DNA from: the human T2T-CHM13v2.0 reference genome, Homo sapiens
NCBI RefSeq assembly: GCF_009914755.1
Contig: NC_060928.1
Strand: one strand, 5' to 3'
DNA length: 64,000 nt
Below the pieces are notes generated by a model, which was not told the DNA's origin, searched no databases, and saw nothing but the letters and a program-made list of their open reading frames with translations. Every line of letters starts with the position of its first letter. Within the stretch, counting starts at the first letter, position 1. Position numbers and translations under genes: made by a program. Shown piece by piece: positions 43,265-56,369 of the stretch.

Positions 43265-43500
43265 TTGCATTGAGCACAGTCTACATGCCAGGAAGGCCCA
43301 AGGCTAAGTACTTCACACACACTAGCTGGCTTCAACCCTACAACACCAACATGAGGCAAGCACTACTGGTAGCTCTGTTTTACAGAAGAGGAAACTGAGG
43401 CCCTTGGATGGTAAGTCAGTTGCCAAAGCTTCACAGTTAGATCACACAGCCAAGATCCAAATCCAGGCACAGCTGGCCATAGAGCCTGTGAGCTAACTGC
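43265..43500 (-). mobile_element. MIR
   Basis: TTTTACAGAAGAGGAAACTGAGGC...AAGCTTCACAGTTAG. Confidence 0.85.
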
Positions 43501-45544
43501 TGCACTGCACAGCTCTAGCCAGGACAGTTTGTCCTTGCCCTACCTACATGCTGCCTGTGGCCAGGACCTCTGGTGACAGGGGAGATGGAACCATGTGAGC
43601 CTGGAAAGCAGGCTGACAGGAAGTAGATGGCACTGTCCTTCTGGCCTAGGGTAGGGCCAAGAGACCACAGCTCTCCACATCACTAAGAAAGATAGGACCT
43701 TGCCTGGGGCTGGGAGAGTTCCGGGAAGTTTCTGTAGCAGCGCTGGCTGGTCTGTTGCTTTGCATGCTTATTGCTTTTGTATGGAGTAGGTATCTGATCT
43801 CCCCAACACCTGCCAGCTCCGCCTCTGCGTTCTTTCCCTTCCTTGTACACCCAGCCCCTGCCTCCCACCCTGGCATCTCCCTCCCTTCCCCCGCCATGCA
43901 GAGATCTGAGTCACTGACAGCAAGTGGGTGAGAAGAAACAGAGAAGGCAGAATCAAGAAATGAAAACCCTAAGGGCAGCAACAATTAATATTTAACTTGA
44001 AAATTGCCTGGGAACAGAAAGCTCAGGCTATTCATGTGCAAATCATATGCAAACACTCTCCACATCGGGCCCTTGTAATTATTCTGCAAACCTGCCTGGC
44101 CAGCTCTAAGGGCAGCTTGGGAAACCCCAACACCCCAATCCTGCTGCAGGCTGCAAACCTCCCCATGACAGGGCTTGGGAGGGTCTCCAGGTGACACCAC
44201 TCGGGTGACACCAGCTTGTCCCAGAATTCCTCAGGCCAAAGCTCTTTCCAATTCTTGAGGAAATGTTTCTCCTGCCAGGGAAAGTTCCCAGCCCCGCATC
44301 TGGGCTCCCCTTGCCACTCCCCAAAAATGCCTTCCTGACGGTCACCCATGGCCTCCTGATGACTAAATCCCAGTGTCTCCACTCATCCTCCACTTCCAGG
44401 CAAAAGCCAGAGCAGCTGATGCCTGAGGCTTCTTCTGTGCTGCCCACCCAGGGCCTCCTCCCTTCCGTCTGACTGCCCTTCCCTGGCCCTGTCAGTGCCA
44501 CCTTAGCTCCAGCGTGGGGGTGAGCCTGAGAAGGCCTCTTCTCCCCCACATCCGATACGCCCTGGGCAGGAGGGTGGGTCTCTTCGGAGGGTATGGGCGG
44601 GCCCTGCACTGGCTTCTGATTATCCTGCATATGGCGGGAAAACAGTTCAGTCCCCCTTCCCCTCCCCAGGTCACCTAAGGCCAGCCCAAATCTGGCGTCA
44701 CTAGAAGTTCACTTGCAGGGTTAGGTGACCTGGAGCTCTCAGGCCTGAGAGCACAGGCTGAGGACAGGTGCTTTTCTTCACAGCTGGGAGCTCCCTGAGG
44801 ACACAGCCCCCCAGGCCCATGCTCACCACTGCACCCAGACCTTGAGAGTGTCCCCTGGGGCATCGCCTCCAACTGCAGCCAAGCTGGGGAAGGACACACA
44901 GGACCAGGGGAGCAGCCCCAGCCCTAGGCTCAGCCCCTGCCAGAACAGTCTTTAGCATGGGTACTTGTCTCCATCTCAGCCCGCATCCCTCACTCAGACG
45001 TGTCAGCTTTTACTGGATCTGATTTATTTCATATCCACATATGTTGAAGAAGGAGCCTGTAAAAAGCTCAGCACATTGGCTGGCCTGTGTTCAGCACCTA
45101 ATATGAGGCAACTGCCCTTGACCATAAACTCTGAAATGAGTCAAGTGTCCACAGTTCCAAAGGGTTTGGTGCCTTGTTCTCACTGGAGTCACGGAGCCCG
45201 GAGCAATGCACTGCCAGGCAGGGCTGCCTTGGCCAGCACCACCGTCATCACCATGCCCAGAGCAGGTGGGATAGGCGATGGTGAGGGGGTGGTCCCCACC
45301 ATGTGTGGATAATTTCCTAATTCCATGATGCCTGTGGCTGATGGTCATTCATCCTACTATGTATTTACTGGGCATCTGCTACGTGCCTGGCACTGTTGTG
45401 ACCCTTCCCTCAGGGAGCTTCCATATCCATGGGGGAAGCTGATCTTAAGACAGAACCTGAATTCACTAACAGTTGTGAGAGAGACGGGGGAAAAATTTAC
45501 CACACTAAACATAAAAGGTAACAAGTGAGATAAAAAGTGCATCC

Positions 45545-45836
45545 AGCTGGGTGTGGTGGCTCACAAACTGTAATCCCAGCACTTTGGTAGGCCGAGGTAG
45601 GAGGATCCCTTGAGGCCAGGAGTTCAAGATCACTGTGGGCAACGTAATGAGAACCTGTCTCTACAAAAAATTAAAAATTTAGCTGAGCATTGCTGACTTG
45701 TGCCTGTAGTCCCAGCTACTTGGGAGGCTGAGACAGGAGGATTGCTTGACCCTAAGAGGTGGAGGCTGCAGTGAGCTGTGATCATGCTACCACACATGGG
45801 TGACAGAGTGAGACTCTGTCTTCAAAAAAAAAAAAA
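45545..45836 (+). mobile_element. AluJ, full length
   Basis: Diverged dimer; TSD AAAAAGTGCATC at 45532 and 45832. Confidence 0.93.
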
Positions 45837-45984
45837 GTGCATCATCCCATTTTCAGAAATATTAAAATGTAGAGAAAAATACACATCTGAAACCCAAAGA
45901 ACTATAATAATATAGTTTATAGTGACATAACAATAATACATAGTAATATAATATATAATATAGTCATAAAGGGCACTTTATTTT

Positions 45985-46695
45985 AATTGCAACTTACCTG
46001 GTTGCCAGAAAGAAAAACTCAGTCACAGTAACTCAAATATAAAGAACAGAGGGCAATTTATGACATGCAACAGCAAGATACACATCTAGGCCCTACAGGA
46101 ACCATGCTGGGGCCGGAATGGCATTGAAAATGGTGACAGCCACCCTCTGCCTGCTGTCCCTTCTCTGCATCTTTCTCACCACACACTTCACACTCATCTT
46201 TCCACCAAGAGCTTCCCCTGCTTCCTCAGGTTTCTATCTGGGCTGGCCAGGTCTCTGACTGTGGTAACAACTTTTGGTCCCCCACAGTGAGCTCCAGAGT
46301 AGTAATTCCAGGTTCCTGGGAGAGAGTTTTAATAGGCTCAGTGCACTTGTTCAGGTATCAGTGTGATTTATTCCAACAAGGAGACCCCAAATCCACAGTT
46401 GGCTTCAACCAGATCCATGTTTGTTTCTCTCCTGCCAAAGTCTACACTGCCTGCAGCCCTCCTCTGCAAAGTCGCCAGGGCTCTAGGCTCCTTCCATCTT
46501 GTTGTTCTGTCATTCTTAGGATGAGGACTTTGCCCCCATGGTCCACAGGGCTCACCACCACATCCACTCCACAGGAGCAGAATAGAAGAAAGGCATGGCC
46601 CTGAAATCGCATGCATCATTTCCATTCCTGTGGCCAGAATTTACCCACAGGACTAAGCCTAGCTTCAAGGGAGCTCAGAATATATCATCTTTGCT
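45985..46695 (-). mobile_element. ERVL-MaLR LTR fragments (MLT1J/K/L-like)
   Basis: GGCTCCTTCCATCTTGTTG...TGTGGCCAGAATTTA...CCTAGCTTCAAGGGAG. Confidence 0.55.
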
Positions 46696-48119
46696 AGGCA
46701 GTCAACTGGGGAGGGGGCACCAGCCATCTCTGACATAGGCAGCCTAGTTAGTTGTGGTGGTAAGAGGCAGTAAGTTCTGAAAGCGGGCAGCAAGATAGAG
46801 CCTTGGCAGCCTGGGGGCTCCCCTCCCGCAGGGCCCAGGTAGAGGGCAAGCCCACCCTGTGCTGAATCCATGCTGTGCCATGCACTATGGGACCTCTGAC
46901 TTGTGAGAGCTCTGAGAGAAACACTTAGCGAAGGCACCTAGGAGACAGGACCTGCAGGGCCAGCAGCGTGGGGCACCTCGGGAGTCTCTCCTCAGAGACC
47001 CCTTTTATCTGTCGGGGTCAAGGGAAGTCAATTAAATTTAGGTGTGGGAGGGAGAGAAGAGAGAAAGCCAGAGGAGAAAGGGAACAGGAGATAATTGACA
47101 GTCACCAAGTTTATCTGAAAGGACTCTTACGTGAGTTCTAAGGAAACGTCTTACTCTCAGTTTCCTGAAGTAGCTAAAAACTTCCTGGGAGGGTGATGAT
47201 CATGAGGCTGATTTGTGATAAAGACTATAAAGCAATTGGGGTGTGTCTAGCACACAGGAGACACTCAACAAATGGCAGAGTTTGGTTTAGATTCGAGGGC
47301 ACTAAAGTGGAGCGGTTCAGTTCAGAGGTGACCCTCTGCATGCTGCATAGTCCAAACACATGGACAGTCTTTCTTTGCCTTTCCCAGTTCGTGGGGAAGT
47401 GGCTCTCCAGTTTTAGAGTCCACTCCCAGAGATTTCACTTTTGTTAGGCCTAGGGCGGGGCCCAGGGATCTGCATTTTCATGCCGGGAAGTCTGGGGCAA
47501 ATAGTTGAAAGGCTGAACTTGGAGAAATACTGCAGAAGGGGAAATGTCCTTCTCTGAGGTGGACTCTCTTCATTGACACAGTCATCTCCTACACAACGAT
47601 CAGCATTGTGCCCCTTGGGGTACAACTTCTCTAATTCCCTTTCTTGTGATGTTCCTGGGGATGGAAGATGAGATGGGAGTTGTGGGAGGAAAGGCAAGGT
47701 GATGATGGGAGTTCATTTGGTCAGAAAAGCTTATCTAGAACATCCACAAGCCCAATAATGACCTCCCCCTCAAGCCTCCATTAGAAAACCAGCGGGCTAT
47801 TTGGGCAGCATCTGAGGTCACCTCTAGGACCAGAATGTGCAGACCCATTGGAGACACTGAAACACTATTAATAGTGGGGTGGGCGGCGCCAAGCTCAGGG
47901 AGTGTGAAATGCTTCTTCCAGGAGCACACAAGTCCTCTGAGAGCCCAGGTCACCTCAGACTTGAATGTAGTCATCCTGGCTGACCCCCCAGACATAGCTG
48001 CTGGTGCTCAGGGCAAAGAGCGGGCCTGGCCACAGAAGGCCCAAGTGCAGCCCTCCGCAAAGCCCTTCCCTCTGGCGGGTCAGACACAGAGGCCTCCGTT
48101 CTCTCTCAATCACATTTAT

Positions 48120-49000
48120 CGACTTTTTTTCTTATTACTAGAATAGATATACAATCATCATAAGAAGTGTTTTTTGAAGATACGGAAAGGCACAAAAGAA
48201 AAACAAAAGCCACCTGTAATCCTACCATCCAGAAATAACCATTATTAACATTTTAGAGTAACACACTACTAGTTTTTCCTATGCATATATTTGCATAAAA
48301 TTGCATACATCAAATTTGGATTTTACCAAATCCTCTCTTCTGTAATCTGCATGCTTCACTTAACAGAATATACAATATTTTCCCACATCATGAAATGTTC
48401 TTTGACAGCCTCATTTTTTTCCATCTCTTATTTTTTAATTTAATTTTAAGTTCCATGACACATGTGTAGGATATGCAAGTTTGTTACATAGGTAGACGTG
48501 TGCTATGGTGGTTTGCTGTACCTATTAACCCATCACTTAGGTATTAAGCCAGCATGCATTAGCTAATTTTCCTGATGCTCTCCCTCCCCCTGCACCTGCA
48601 GGCCCCAGTGTGTGTTTTTCCTCTCCCTGTGTCCATGTATTCTCATTGTTCAGCTCCCACTTGTAAGTGAGAAGATGCCGTGTTTGGTTTTCTGTTCCTG
48701 CATTAGTTTGCTGAAGATAATGGCTTCCAGGTCCATCCATGTGCCTGCAAAGGACATGATCTCATTCATTTTTATGACAGCCTCATTTTTAATAGCTCAT
48801 CATATTCTAGCATATGGATGTATAACAATTTAATTTGGACATTTTGGTTATTTCTGTTCTTTACTTTTATTTTTGCTCCTATAAATTCTGTATATCAGTA
48901 TTGGTTTTCTTAGGATTGATTCTGAGGTCAAAGTATTTTTTTAAGTAAATTCTTAGATCAAAGTATTTTTTTAAGTTTTAGGTACACATTGCCAAATTGT
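48120..49000 (-). mobile_element. Old L1ME/L1MC fragment hosting an L1PA insertion
   Basis: CCTGTAATCCTACCATCCAGAAATAACCATTATTAACATTTT...TTAGGTACACATTGCCAAATTG. Confidence 0.65.
48419..48774 (-). mobile_element. L1PA (about PA8-10) 3' end, 5'-truncated
   Basis: TTTGTTACATAGGTA...CAGCTCCCACTTGTAAGTGAGAA...CCTGCAAAGGACATGATCTCATTC; perfect 16-bp TSD TGACAGCCTCATTTTT at 48403 and 48775. Confidence 0.93.
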
Positions 49001-49707
49001 AGATACTCAAGCAAAGCTTGAAGAAGGCATAATGAAACCAGGGATCCAGGTCAGGCTTCAGGGTGTGAGGAGAGCAGTGCTGAGCAAGGGACTGTCTGAG
49101 CTCAATTTCTGACACCATGAAGGGTTGCTTGATCAAGCTTGGAATGTTGAAAAAATTTCCCCTCCCCCACAAGAAAATCAACTCCAAACCCTAAGAGTCC
49201 CTTAATAATCTACAGATGTCTCTTCTCTGATGATACTCAACCCATTTTAGGGATTCCATGTGAATTCTCATCTGGACTATAGCAATTATTTCTGAAAACC
49301 AGACTTTTGAAAGAAGCACATGTAACTTTTTTAAAAATAGCATTTTTAGTGCATGCTATTATCATTGTTACTTATTCAAATGTGTTGATGGTAGAGTAGG
49401 TGGAAGGGTGATGTTTGCATTGGCATGGCAACCAGTGACTAATTGAATTCCCTTCACAGCCTATAATGGCTTCTTTGACTTACATGGGGCCAGAAATGGA
49501 TTTTCTTTTTGCCCCTGTGTGTCACTGGCTTATGGTAGAGAAAAGGTTACCCATTCGTGATCTAACCCTTTTTTATTCTATTTATATTTTCCGTTTGTGC
49601 CACCCTTGGGGCTATGTTTAGTGAGTTTACTTCCCACCCTGTAATGTGAGATTTCTTTTGATCTACAAATGCCTCTTGTAGGGTATAAAATATGACTCCT
49701 AATTACT

Positions 49708-49920
49708 GTAACAGCTAATATTTATCAAATCCTTACTGTAGTACCAGGCACTCGGCAAGGCGCTTTACATATTTTTCTTTTAGCCCTTAACAAAACCCTA
49801 TGATGTGGGTCCTATTACGATCATCCTTTCTTAAACAGGTGAGGAAGCAGATGGAGGTTCAATGACTTGGTGAAGGACACAGAGTTCACAAGAGGAGGGT
49901 AGACCCTGTGCTCAGGAAGC
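49708..49920 (-). mobile_element. MIR
   Basis: AACAGCTAATATTTAT...TACCAGGCAC...GCGCTTTACAT...ACAGGTGAGGAA. Confidence 0.8.
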
Positions 49921-51366
49921 AGAGAGTCTTACCACCCTGCTATCCAGGCTGCATCGAGTCCCCATGAGGATGTGGGATTTGACGGCCCAGCTCACGGTCA
50001 AGCAGGAGCTCTTCCTTCATGTGATAGTTCTTGAGCATATCCTTTCTCAGACTTTCTGAGCTGGAAAATGCCAGGACTTCAGTCTGTCCTCACATAAAAG
50101 TTCCTTCTTGTCTTTGCCTAATTTAACAAATCCTGGAGATTAAATGAGATTTTCCTCTTTCTTTTGGTCTCACAAATAGTATCTTAGTCTCATCAACTCT
50201 CAGCTTTTTTCATCTATAAAATGTAAAGCTAAAGCTGGCTCACCTGAGGGTTGTGAAGATGGCAGGGGCAGGCCTCCACAGAAGCCCGTTGCATGGGGCC
50301 TGGCACACAGTAGGTGCTCCATAAAGCTCACTTGCCTCTGTCTCTTGTTGGACTTCCAATGACAACCTGTCTCCATCGTAGAGCTTCTGGACAATCAATG
50401 TTATCTCTGCTCCTCCTGGCAGCACAGGGCTCCCGCCCAGGCCCACTGAGACACGGGGTGGTTGGGATCCTGGCCTGGTTCTCCAGTGAGTCATGATGTC
50501 AGAAGGTGCATGGTGGAGAGAAGGGAACATAGGCTCAGGAGCAGTGGCAGCGGGGTTGCACCAGCATGAGGAGCCCTTCGGGTGCTATTAGAAGGCTGAC
50601 TTTAGACAATCCATGAACAACAGTCTGTTAGTCACTTGTTGGCTCTTTAGGCATCAAAAACAAGCAAAACAAGGAACACTAGTGCTTGGTGAAATCCTTG
50701 GGGTGAACTCTACAAACACAGATAGGAAATGATTGGATAAGAGCAGTTACGAGTTAAGGGAAGCAAGAGATCTGAATGAACCATGGACTGAACATGGGCT
50801 ACTGATGTATGCAGCTCACAAAACTCTGGGCAACATGCATTACCTCTTAGCTTGACACTGTGCAGCCATGAAAAAGGAAGCTGCAGAATGCTATTTTATG
50901 ACATGGGAACATATGCACAACATGCTGTTAATAAAGCAACTCAAAAATTATGTATCATATGATAACTATAAATACCAAAAACATGAAAAATATGGCCAAA
51001 ATTTTAATAGTATCCTTCTTTGGGTAGTTGGATTATGGATTGGTTTTTATCTTTGTGTTTGAAAATAAAATTTTCTATAACAAACATTTATGTATTTTCT
51101 AATCAGGAAAACAATAAACATACTTTTTAAAGAGCACAATCATTTCACTGGGATTTTAAGGCTAGAAAGATAATTGCTTCATTTGAACTGGCAGATCAGG
51201 TTCTGTCAAGAGCACTGGGCCATTTATTAAACAAATTCACTGAGTGTCATGTGCTAAGCACTGTTCTAGGCTCAGTTCTGGACTCTGTGATAGCAGGGAC
51301 ATGAACAACTTGGAAAGTTCAAGGGAAGGTTCACTGGAGAATCAAAGGTGTAACAGTCAAGGAGGT

Positions 51367-51555
51367 CAGTGATACTCAAACTGTGGTCCTCAGATGGGCA
51401 AATCAGTATAACTCGGAAGCTTGTTTGAAATGCAGATTCTCAGGTCCTACCTCAAAGGTGCTGAATCAGAATCTCTGGTGCAGGGCTCAGAAATCTGTGC
51501 CTTAACACGCTTTCCAGACGATTCTAAGCAAGCTACAGAATCTGAGAAGCACGGG
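51367..51555. mobile_element. MER5A (hAT-Charlie MITE), near full length
   Basis: CAGTGATACTCAAACTGTGGTCC...GCTTGTTTGAAATGCAGATTCTCAGG...CTGAATCAGAATCTCTG...TCTGAGAAGCAC. Confidence 0.85.
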
Positions 51556-51880
51556 GCTAGGTTATGCTGCAGAAAAAAATAACCCTCATCTCTAGGCTCA
51601 TAGTGAAAAAGATTGCTTTCTTGCTGACACCTCATGTTCATCGAGGGCTAATTGTGCTCTTCTTCATGACCCAGGCTGACCCACTGAGCTACCTTGTCTG
51701 GAATGATGCCAATCATCAAGGCAGAGGGAAATCAGAGCACAGTGAACCACAACCTCGCTCTAAGGCTTCTGCTTAGCAGGGTTGTGACTCACATTTTATT
51801 GGCTAAAGCAAGTCACACGGCTAAGTCTCCATAAATGGATTAATGAAGTTGAGAAATATGAATTTTCCCCAGGAAAAAGT
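51556..51880 (-). mobile_element. MLT1-family LTR fragment
   Basis: CTAGGTTATGCTGC...CACATTTTATTGGCTAAAGCAAGTCACACGGCTAAG. Confidence 0.6.
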
Positions 51881-51889
51881 AACACATTT

Positions 51890-52120
51890 CTTTTTGGCTT
51901 TTATTTTTGAGTTAGTTATAGACTGCCTGCACTGTAAAAAATAATACAAAGAGATCCTATATACCCTTCACTCAGTTTTCCCCAATGGTAACATCTTGCA
52001 TGATGATAGAACAATATCGCAACCAGGAAATTCCAGCAACCCAATTCAGACGTCAGGTTTTACATACACTCCTTTGTGTGTATGTGTGCATTTAGTTCTA
52101 TGCAATTTTATCACACAGCA
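51890..52120 (-). mobile_element. L1MC/L1MD 3' end fragment
   Basis: AATAATACAAAGAGATCCTATATACCCTTCACTCAGTTTTCCCCAATGGTAACATCTTGCA. Confidence 0.75.
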
Positions 52121-52324
52121 AATATTTTTTAATAATAATCCAATCTACTCCACCTAGTCCAAGTAAAGGACTAGGACTATTTAACTGGGGAAGTAAGACT
52201 GATATCTCTCCTCTCACTAAGATCCCTGTCTTTGAAAAATGAGTTCATGGAGACCGATGGGACTAGATCAGAAAAAACAAAAATGTCTTTAAATCTATCT
52301 TGAGGAGTTGTAAATGTAGTGAAC

Positions 52325-52885
52325 ATTTGTAGGTTTGGCCTACCCAGCATAACTCCCCCTTCTGGGGGCAGAACTTGTATTTTGTTTTGGGAAAGCATCC
52401 CTCTCCCATTTTCAGGACGTGTGTGCAAGTGGGGTTGACCACATTCTGAGCTTTAAGGGTGGGCACCTCCCCTGGCTCACACTTGGCCTTGCAACACATT
52501 CCATCTTCCTGGCCACAGTCACTGGTTCAGAGATGGACACATGAACTAAGCTGGTCCCATAAGAACCAACCCAAGACATTTCACTGAAGCGATTGATAAA
52601 GATGCTCTCTTTCCACTGGTGCTGCCAAACTGGTAAATTACAACCTTGAATGCTGGAGACCAGCAGATAAAGAAAGTCTGGCTGAAAAATGCAATCAACA
52701 CTAAGAAATGGAGGAAGAAGACCACACCTTGATAACATTGCATGATCCCCTGGATCCAGCCATGCCTGATGCTTCACTCCTTTTGGACTTTCCAGCTAAG
52801 TGAACTAAAGAATTCTCATTTTTTAAAAAATTCCTGCTTAAACTAGTCGGAATTGGGTTTCCTCTCACTTATTCCTAAGAGTCTT
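52325..52885 (+). mobile_element. MLT1K/L-like LTR
   Basis: CCTGGCCACAGTCACTGGTTCAGAGATGGACACATGA...GGATCCAGCCATGCCTGA...CTTAAACTAGTCGGAATTGGGTTT. Confidence 0.7.
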
Positions 52886-53371
52886 CAAGTCCTGACTTAC
52901 TCAAGAAGGGAATTCCCAATTCTAGACAGGGTAAGCAAAGGAAAGTGGTAGTTCTCCTCTTCCCAACAGTTTAAGTGAAAATAAGTACATAGAGAGGCAT
53001 ACACACATATGTATGTGGGGGGAGGTCTGTGTGTGCATGCATATATATTTTTTCTCCCTAGCCACTTAAGCCCTATTCAGTAACTGTCTACCTTAAAATT
53101 AAAGTCAGGCAATAAGCCCAAGAAAATAGAATAAACTTTCTCTTCCTTGCCCTTGCCTTGGGATAGGTTTCCCACGCTTGTGAGAGAATTTTCAGATCTG
53201 AAAAAAAAAAAAAAAAAAAATTGTGCAGAGGGACTCTTCATTGCTGAATGTTTATGATTGTAAGACTTATTTTACTGGGCAAATTTTGAATCTAGTAACT
53301 ATGAAGGCTGTAGAGAAAGCTATAAAATGAACAATATTCTCAGAGTTTTGCAATGTTATTTTTCCTCCCAG

Positions 53372-53410
53372 GGGTTTCCAGCCGGCCTGAGTGTTCACAT
53401 GGTTATGCAG
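53372..53410 (+). other. Candidate 39-nt exon (unverified)
   Basis: ttatttttcctcccag|GGGTTTCCAGCCGGCCTGAGTGTTCACATGGTTATGCAG|gtaagt, with near-consensus splice sites. Confidence 0.4.
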
Positions 53411-54446
53411 GTAAGTGCCGACAGAATGATGCATTTTCCCCATTGAACAGAAAACTATGTGAGTGTGGGATCAATAAAATATGAAAATGAAGCCTCAAAC
53501 TCCAGAGTATGTAAATGCGGGTATTTTAATTTCCCTTGATAACAGACAAATATAGCCATGAGAAGCTTCCTTGAGAGTTTTGTCATCTGCCATTTACAGA
53601 GAGTGGGAAGTTATGGAGCAATTAGCCAAGGAGGGAGAAGAAGTGTCCCCCAGCCTGTGAAGACTGTCCCCCCAGCTCAAGGAGGCCATAAAGGGCCAGA
53701 ATGTGTTAGTACCGGTCACCCCAAAATGCCCAGATCCTCCCAGGAAGCTGCTTGAAAAATGTAAAAAGTGAGGTCTAAATTGTGAAATTATGCTTTGTTC
53801 TTCCATGCGCTCAAAAGAGCTACCATTTGGCTGCTATTGTGACTTTGAAACCCACTGTAAGGAACACTTCTGCCACTGGAAACTTAATTGTGGCCTGTTT
53901 TGAAGATGTATGCTTTTGTGGGAAATTACGGTTGAGCCTTCTGAGCCCTGTTTCAACAGTCTATCACTTCAGCAGGGCTCTTCTCTTGAATGGAGCTGCT
54001 GGAGCCACGGCAGCAGTGGCATCCATGTACAGGGCCCAAAGCTCTGCCACTGACAGCTGTGTCATCACCGTGCATGGCTTACCATGATTTTCTTACGTGC
54101 AAAATACAAAACTAATGTGTAAAATACACATTATTTACTTATGTGTAAAATACAATACTAATACCTATTTCATAGCTTTGTGGTAAAGACTTCAAATAGG
54201 TAATAGGTAATAGATTCATGATCCTTTTGCAAACAAAAAGGCACATACACACGAGATACCACTATTGCAGATTCCTCAGGTCATGTTCTAGAAGCCACAC
54301 AGACAGCACAAGACCAGCCATAGGGAGGCAGAATGTGATTTTCTATTAAGGAATGAGCTTAGGAAAGTGATATTGGAGTAAAAATATAATGGGTAGACTT
54401 TTACACTTTGGGACTTAGCCATTGAAAACGATCAGAAGGAACCTAC

Positions 54447-54580
54447 TTTTTTTTTTTTTTTTGGTAGAGACAGAGTCTCACCATGTTGCCCAGGCTGGTC
54501 TCTAACTCCTGGGCTCAAATGATCCACTCACCTTAGCCTCTAACGTGCTTGGAGTTAGGCGTGTGCCACCATGCTTGGCC
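54447..54580 (-). mobile_element. FLAM-like Alu monomer
   Basis: Antisense left monomer; TSD AGAAGGAACCTACTTTT / AGAAGGAACTTAATTTT. Confidence 0.9.
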
Positions 54581-54699
54581 AGAAGGAACTTAATTTTGAA
54601 GTAGAGAAAGGGTGCAAAAAATTTTGAGTACCTCAAAGTACTGAAAAGAACAAGATGAAGTTTCTGGAAGTTACTTGTATGTTTCTTGGTAATGTGGAC

Positions 54700-54925
54700 A
54701 GCTGTGTAACAGTAGTGAGAACACAGTTCAAACTGGAGTTTGAATCCTTGCCTACATGGCCTTATGCTCATTTTCTTCCTTACGCCTCTGAGCGGTTTTC
54801 TCATCTGTAACACTGGGATTACAATACACACCAGAGAGGGTTAGAGTGAGGATTAAACGAGAAACACAGGGAAAGCTTTTAGCACAGTGCCTGGCAAGAA
54901 GTGAATGCCAAGAAAGGCTATGATT
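54700..54925 (+). mobile_element. MIR
   Basis: GTTTTCTCATCTGTAA...GTGAGGATTAAACGAGA...TAGCACAGTGCCTGGCA. Confidence 0.85.
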
Positions 54926-55855
54926 TGAAGAAACTTGGGATTCCAGGAGAGCTAAAGAAAAGTATTTTTTTTTTACAAGGCACAGAGAAAATAGATAAAA
55001 ACTGTCCAAGGTTTGTCAGCAGATTAGGCTGTATCTTTTCTGCTTTCAATTTGCTATTTTTCTCTTTCCTTCATTGTGACCTCAACTGCATATTGCTCTG
55101 ATTTTATATAAATCCTGTGTCCCAACAGGGAAGCCCTGTGGAAATGAAATACTTAATGATATTTCCAACTTTAAGAAAGATTTCAGTAAGGGCAGCTCTG
55201 CTCTGGGTGATGCTTTACATTAATCCGATGGATGAAGAGTCTATTCCCAGCATTGAGACTGTTAACGGAAAGATTTGAACAGAGGGGCAGGCTTGGGAAA
55301 CTGGATGGATTCCCAGATTCACCCGAGTCAAGTCTTTCCAGTTCTGCTTCATCATGTTGTTTGAAATAAATTCCCAGAACATAAGATTCTGCCACATTCA
55401 GAAAAAATGTTCCAAAATTCCATAGAAATGTTATCTGGCTGATTAGCTTCTTTAAGATGGTCAAAGCTGTTTTCTTCGCCATCAGTACCAATAATCAAGA
55501 GTTGACTCTGGTTAAATGGGGAGTAGTTTTGAAATACCACAGTGTTTTTAGGATTCAGTCAACCTTGTCTTAGGATGGCCAAATACCATCTTGCTTTCTT
55601 TCCCACTCCAAAGATGAGTTACAAATCATATTTAAATAGTAAAATGATTCATCACCCCCATTGGTTTGAGGGAGGAATGAGGATTGTATCTTATTAAACT
55701 TGATGTGCACCGTGCCCAGCACAGTTGCTAAAATGGATAATAATTGTGTAGGAAACATATTTTAGATTTCTCACAAGAACAGTTTGTATTCAACAAAACT
55801 ACTAGCTAGTTAGGAGTTATACATAGTTCAGCAAACATGCATGACTAACACACTA

Positions 55856-56242
55856 CAGCCAGGCATCACTTAATGATGGGGATGAGCTCTGAGAAATGTG
55901 TCAATAGGTAATGTCATCATTGTGTGGACATCACAGAACGTACTTACGCAAACCTAGATGGTAGAGCCTACTACACACCTAGGCTATATGGGATAGCCTC
56001 CATGGCTATAAATTTGTACAGCATGTCACTGTACTGAATACTGTAGGCAATTGTAACACAGTGGTATTTGTGTATTTAAATATATCCAAACATTGAAAAG
56101 GTACTGCATTGCACTAGGATGTTACAACAGCTACAATGTCACTAGGCAATAGGAATTTTTCAGGTCCATTATAATCTTATGGGGCTACCTTCATATATCC
56201 AGTCCATTGTTTACCAAAACTTTGTCACTTGGCACATGACTA
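55856..56242. mobile_element. Tigger3/MER7-family (TcMar) non-autonomous DNA transposon
   Basis: Begins after TA: CAG..GCATCACTTAATGATGGGGAT...CAAACCTAGATGGTAGAGCCTACTACACACCTAGGCTATATGG...TTATAATCTTATGG...CACATGACT. Confidence 0.88.
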
Positions 56243-56257
56243 TGATCTATACCACCT

Positions 56258-56360
56258 ATAAACATTTATTGAGAACCTACTACGTGCCACACATGGTTCT
56301 AAGTACTAGAGATACAAAGACAAATAGGGCACGATTCCTGCCTTCATGTTCAGACTGATA
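56258..56360 (-). mobile_element. L2 3' end
   Basis: AACATTTATTGAGAACCTACTACGTGCCA...GATTCCTGCCTTCATG. Confidence 0.8.
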
Positions 56361-56369
56361 GGAAAGAAG

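Noticed and set aside
44106-44630. 174-aa minus-strand ORF
   Set aside because: No homology or splice structure recognised; expected by chance in GC-rich sequence
45990-46000. Minus-strand CAG|GTAAGT donor (also 60200-60208)
   Set aside because: No convincing paired acceptor nearby; isolated donor consensus occurs often by chance
53201-53220. Isolated A20 run as a processed-pseudogene tail
   Set aside because: No upstream polyadenylation signal, recognisable retrocopy body or TSD
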